In this document: positions 61,227 through 64,000 of the stretch, piece after piece
Position numbering within the stretch: position 1 is the first letter of the stretch
Layout: each line of letters starts with the position of its first letter
Assembly: GCF_963921235.1 (NCBI RefSeq)
Contig: NC_086118.1
Location: 13,208,001 to 13,272,000 of the forward strand
Source of the DNA: Mobula hypostoma
Lineage: Eukaryota
Reading direction: 5' to 3'
DNA length: 64,000 bases
Position numbers and translations under genes: made by a program
The notes under the pieces: model-generated
Told to the model about the DNA's origin: nothing
The model's database searches: none
The model's input: the letters and a program-made list of their open reading frames with translations, nothing else

Positions 61227-63561
61227 CACCCTATCCCCGTTATATGTGGGGGATACATTCCTCACAGTTGATGCATAGTATGGTAAACGCATTATGTGAA
61301 TAATTATTTAAATGGAGAAAATAGGTGCATTCTGGAAAGCTTCCTAAGTATGTTTTATCTGTAATTTATTCATATTTTCATGCCAATACGACACAAAAAC
61401 AGTACCACAATGCAACATTTGTATTATATTTAATCAATTTAAGGTAATATTCAACATAATAAATCATAGAAAGTTAACATACTAGGGTGTACAGTACTCA
61501 CCAACAGTGGTAGGTGTGTAGGCTCAGGGAGATGAGTAGCAGTGCAGTGGTGTCGGGCAGCTTTACATGGATGAGGTGGATGGTCGAGGGTCGTCAGGAG
61601 CATCAAGGACAGCAAGGGGTGAAGGAAGACTCACAGAACTTTCTGGCAAGTTAATGGAACTCTCAGAGCTGCCGGTAGCAGGAGGTGCGACAAGTGTGGA
61701 GCGCTCAAGTGGAGGTGGAGTTGGTGTGGATGACACCGGTTTGAAGGAAGTGGTGAGGGTGGTTTGCTTGGCAGCATTTGGTTTTTCAGCATAAATTTGC
61801 TTGTAGGGAAGAAGGATTGACTGTGAGGAAGGACTGAAATGCTGACTCTGTTCTAAACTTGGGTCCATGTCCATTGCCATTTGTACCAAGTGTTCCCCAG
61901 CCTTATAAAATTCTTCCAGTTGCCTCACTGTAAAATCCTTCACCTGCAACTCAACTCTTTCTTCTTCATCATTATCACCTTCAGTCTGAGTTAAACGCAG
62001 AAGGTCATCCACACTTATTTCTTCATCATAAGAATCCAGGAGTTCTACCACATCAGCAGTCTCGACATCTGAGAATCCTTCCCCATCAATTTTACGGCCC
62101 AGGGCCACACAATCCTGGACAGCTGCGGTAAAGGCAGGAAACCCCTTGAAGGTGTGCACACACTCCACCCAAATTGATTTCCACGCTCTATTGAGAGTGG
62201 AAGACCTGACCTCTTTCCAGGATTCGACAATGTTGCTGATGGCATGTCTGCTGTTGAAGGACTTCCACCATTCCCTCCATGTTTAGGATGGGCTGGCGCA
62301 TTATCAAGCAACGAAAGAACCTTAAAGGCCAGATTCTGTTCCCAGCAGTAGAGTTCAGCCTCAACAGCAAAGTGATTAGCAAACCCATCTTCAACGACTT
62401 GACCAGTGACCCATGCTTTCTTGTTAGCTGCCCAGTGGACAGGAAGCATATTCTTACTCAAACCCTTAACAGCACAGGAGTTTAGTGAATGGTAGACTAC
62501 GAGAGGCTTCATCTTACAGTCTCCTTCAGCACTGGAACACATAAGCAGAGTCAACCTATCCTTTGCTGCCTTGAAACCTGACGCAGTCTTTTCATCCTTA
62601 GTTACTTAAGTGCGTTTCGGCATATGCTTCCAAAAAAGCCCGGTCTCATCTGCGTTAAACACCTGCTTTGGTGTGATGCCTAACTGAGCTATCATATCCC
62701 GCAACTGCACAGGGTAGCGTTCAGCAGCTTTCTGGTCAAAACTAGCCTGCTCACCATGCGCAGCTAAGTTGCGAAGCCTCTGACGATTAATAAACTTAGA
62801 AAACCATCCCCTACTTGCACTAAAGCTAACAATATCACTTGACACTTCCTTACTTGCCTCTGAACAAAGCCGACCATAAATTTCCAAAGCTTTCACGTGA
62901 AGATGATTGGCACTGAGTGTTGTTTTTTACTTTGTTTCATGCTCAAAGTACAAACTCAGCACTTTCTCCATTCTTGTCATAATCGGGTGATGCACTTCGG
63001 TATCAATCTTTGAAGACACTTGAGACTCAATCACTGCACTTTTTATTTTTTCAGCATTTTTCTTCATGTTCCTGATCGTGGATCCACCCAGGCCGAAGCA
63101 GCGTCCCAGAACTGTGTTACCTTCACCTGACCCAGCCCTGTCTATAATTTCCAACCTTTTTTCACGTGTTAAAGCGGTTCTCTGCCGCTTGGCTGATGGG
63201 CAGGACTTGACATAGGATGCTTAGGAGACATGGTTAAATATTTCAAACACGAAATCACTGCACCATAGGTAATAACAACAAAAGGTTAAGAGCACAAGAT
63301 CGCACATCCACATGCTGCCACTACCAATGTGAGACTGGCGGGAGTGAGACTATGAGGCACGTGCACGTGGCTTGTTTTTGCGGGAAAGCGGTGCGTCTCG
63401 TCCCACACAATACTGGTCGGCCAACAGCCTCGCAGACTCCACCACACACACATGCATAACTGTGAGTTTTGGACATATTTAAGGAGAAGTTGATCAAAAT
63501 ATGTTTGACACACAACTGTGAAAACACATTGTCTGAAGACACATATAATGGGGATAGGGTG
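61227..63561 (-). mobile_element. Tigger/pogo DNA transposon with decayed TIGD1-like transposase
   Basis: 22-bp TIRs CACCCTATCCCC(G/A)TTATATGTG (21/22 match); TA on the left, CA on the right. Transposase 63231-61563: HTH, FSASRGWFSKF, QVFNADETGLFWK, LLDNAPAHP; stops, frameshifts and a deletion after HP. Confidence 0.95.
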
Positions 63562-64000
63562 CAATTGGTATAAATGTCTTTAAAACTGCTTCATATCTTT
63601 CTTACAATTCACCATCCCACCAGCTTAGTGTTGTCAGCAAATTTTGAACTGTATTGTTTTATTCCCTGAGGATTTACTGCATATTGTTAACAGCTAGAGC
63701 CAAGTATCAACCCATGTGGTATCTCACTAGTTACCATCTGCCACTTTTTGTCAATCAGTTTTCACTCTACATCAATACAGTGTCCCAATATTAGACACTT
63801 TAAACTCATACCCTCATACATGTGGGATTTTATCACACTGCATTCATTAGCATCCTTATCTATTCTAGATCCTCACAATTATTCAGAGTTATTAAATGTT
63901 ATTTCTCCTTCAGGAGGCTATGATGTCTTTTTCTAATGTACCTGATCTTTTCAAAGTGTCTGGTTATATCAACCTTTGCAGAAGGCAAGGAAATACTTGC

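Larger units (their letters stand above)
60480..63800 (-). mobile_element. Very old CR1 remnant hosting the hAT MITE and the Tigger element
   Basis: LEYCVL (ORF 60884-61117) and KFADN (tgttgtcagcaaattt, ~63629). tttgcccactcattta at 61211 continues after 63561. Confidence 0.6.

Overview
Eukaryotic (vertebrate) non-genic or intronic DNA, about two-thirds of it recognisable transposable-element debris. The repeat set (CR1 LINEs, V-SINE-like tRNA SINEs, Penelope-like elements with 'atgctggaggaactcagcagg' termini, Rex1/Babar, RTE, L1) suggests a cartilaginous fish, probably a ray; that is inference. No host protein-coding gene, RNA gene or CRISPR array can be supported, and every ORF I could recognise is TE-derived. 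Well-delimited elements: a decayed Tf1/sushi-type chromoviral Gypsy element (21584-26724, TSD GGAGG) with a self-priming signature, a Tc1 element split by a young CR1, a Tigger/pogo element (61227-63561), several solo LTRs and many nested insertions with TSDs. The most unusual signal is absent from the ORF track: a stop-interrupted reading frame at ~41309-42030 resembling class III (ERV-L/Fv1-like) retroviral Gag. It has a tRNA-Leu-like PBS upstream, RT-like remnants downstream and a second diverged copy at ~15962-16400. Penelope termini carry decayed minimal hammerhead-ribozyme motifs. All family calls come from reading motifs by eye, with no database searches.
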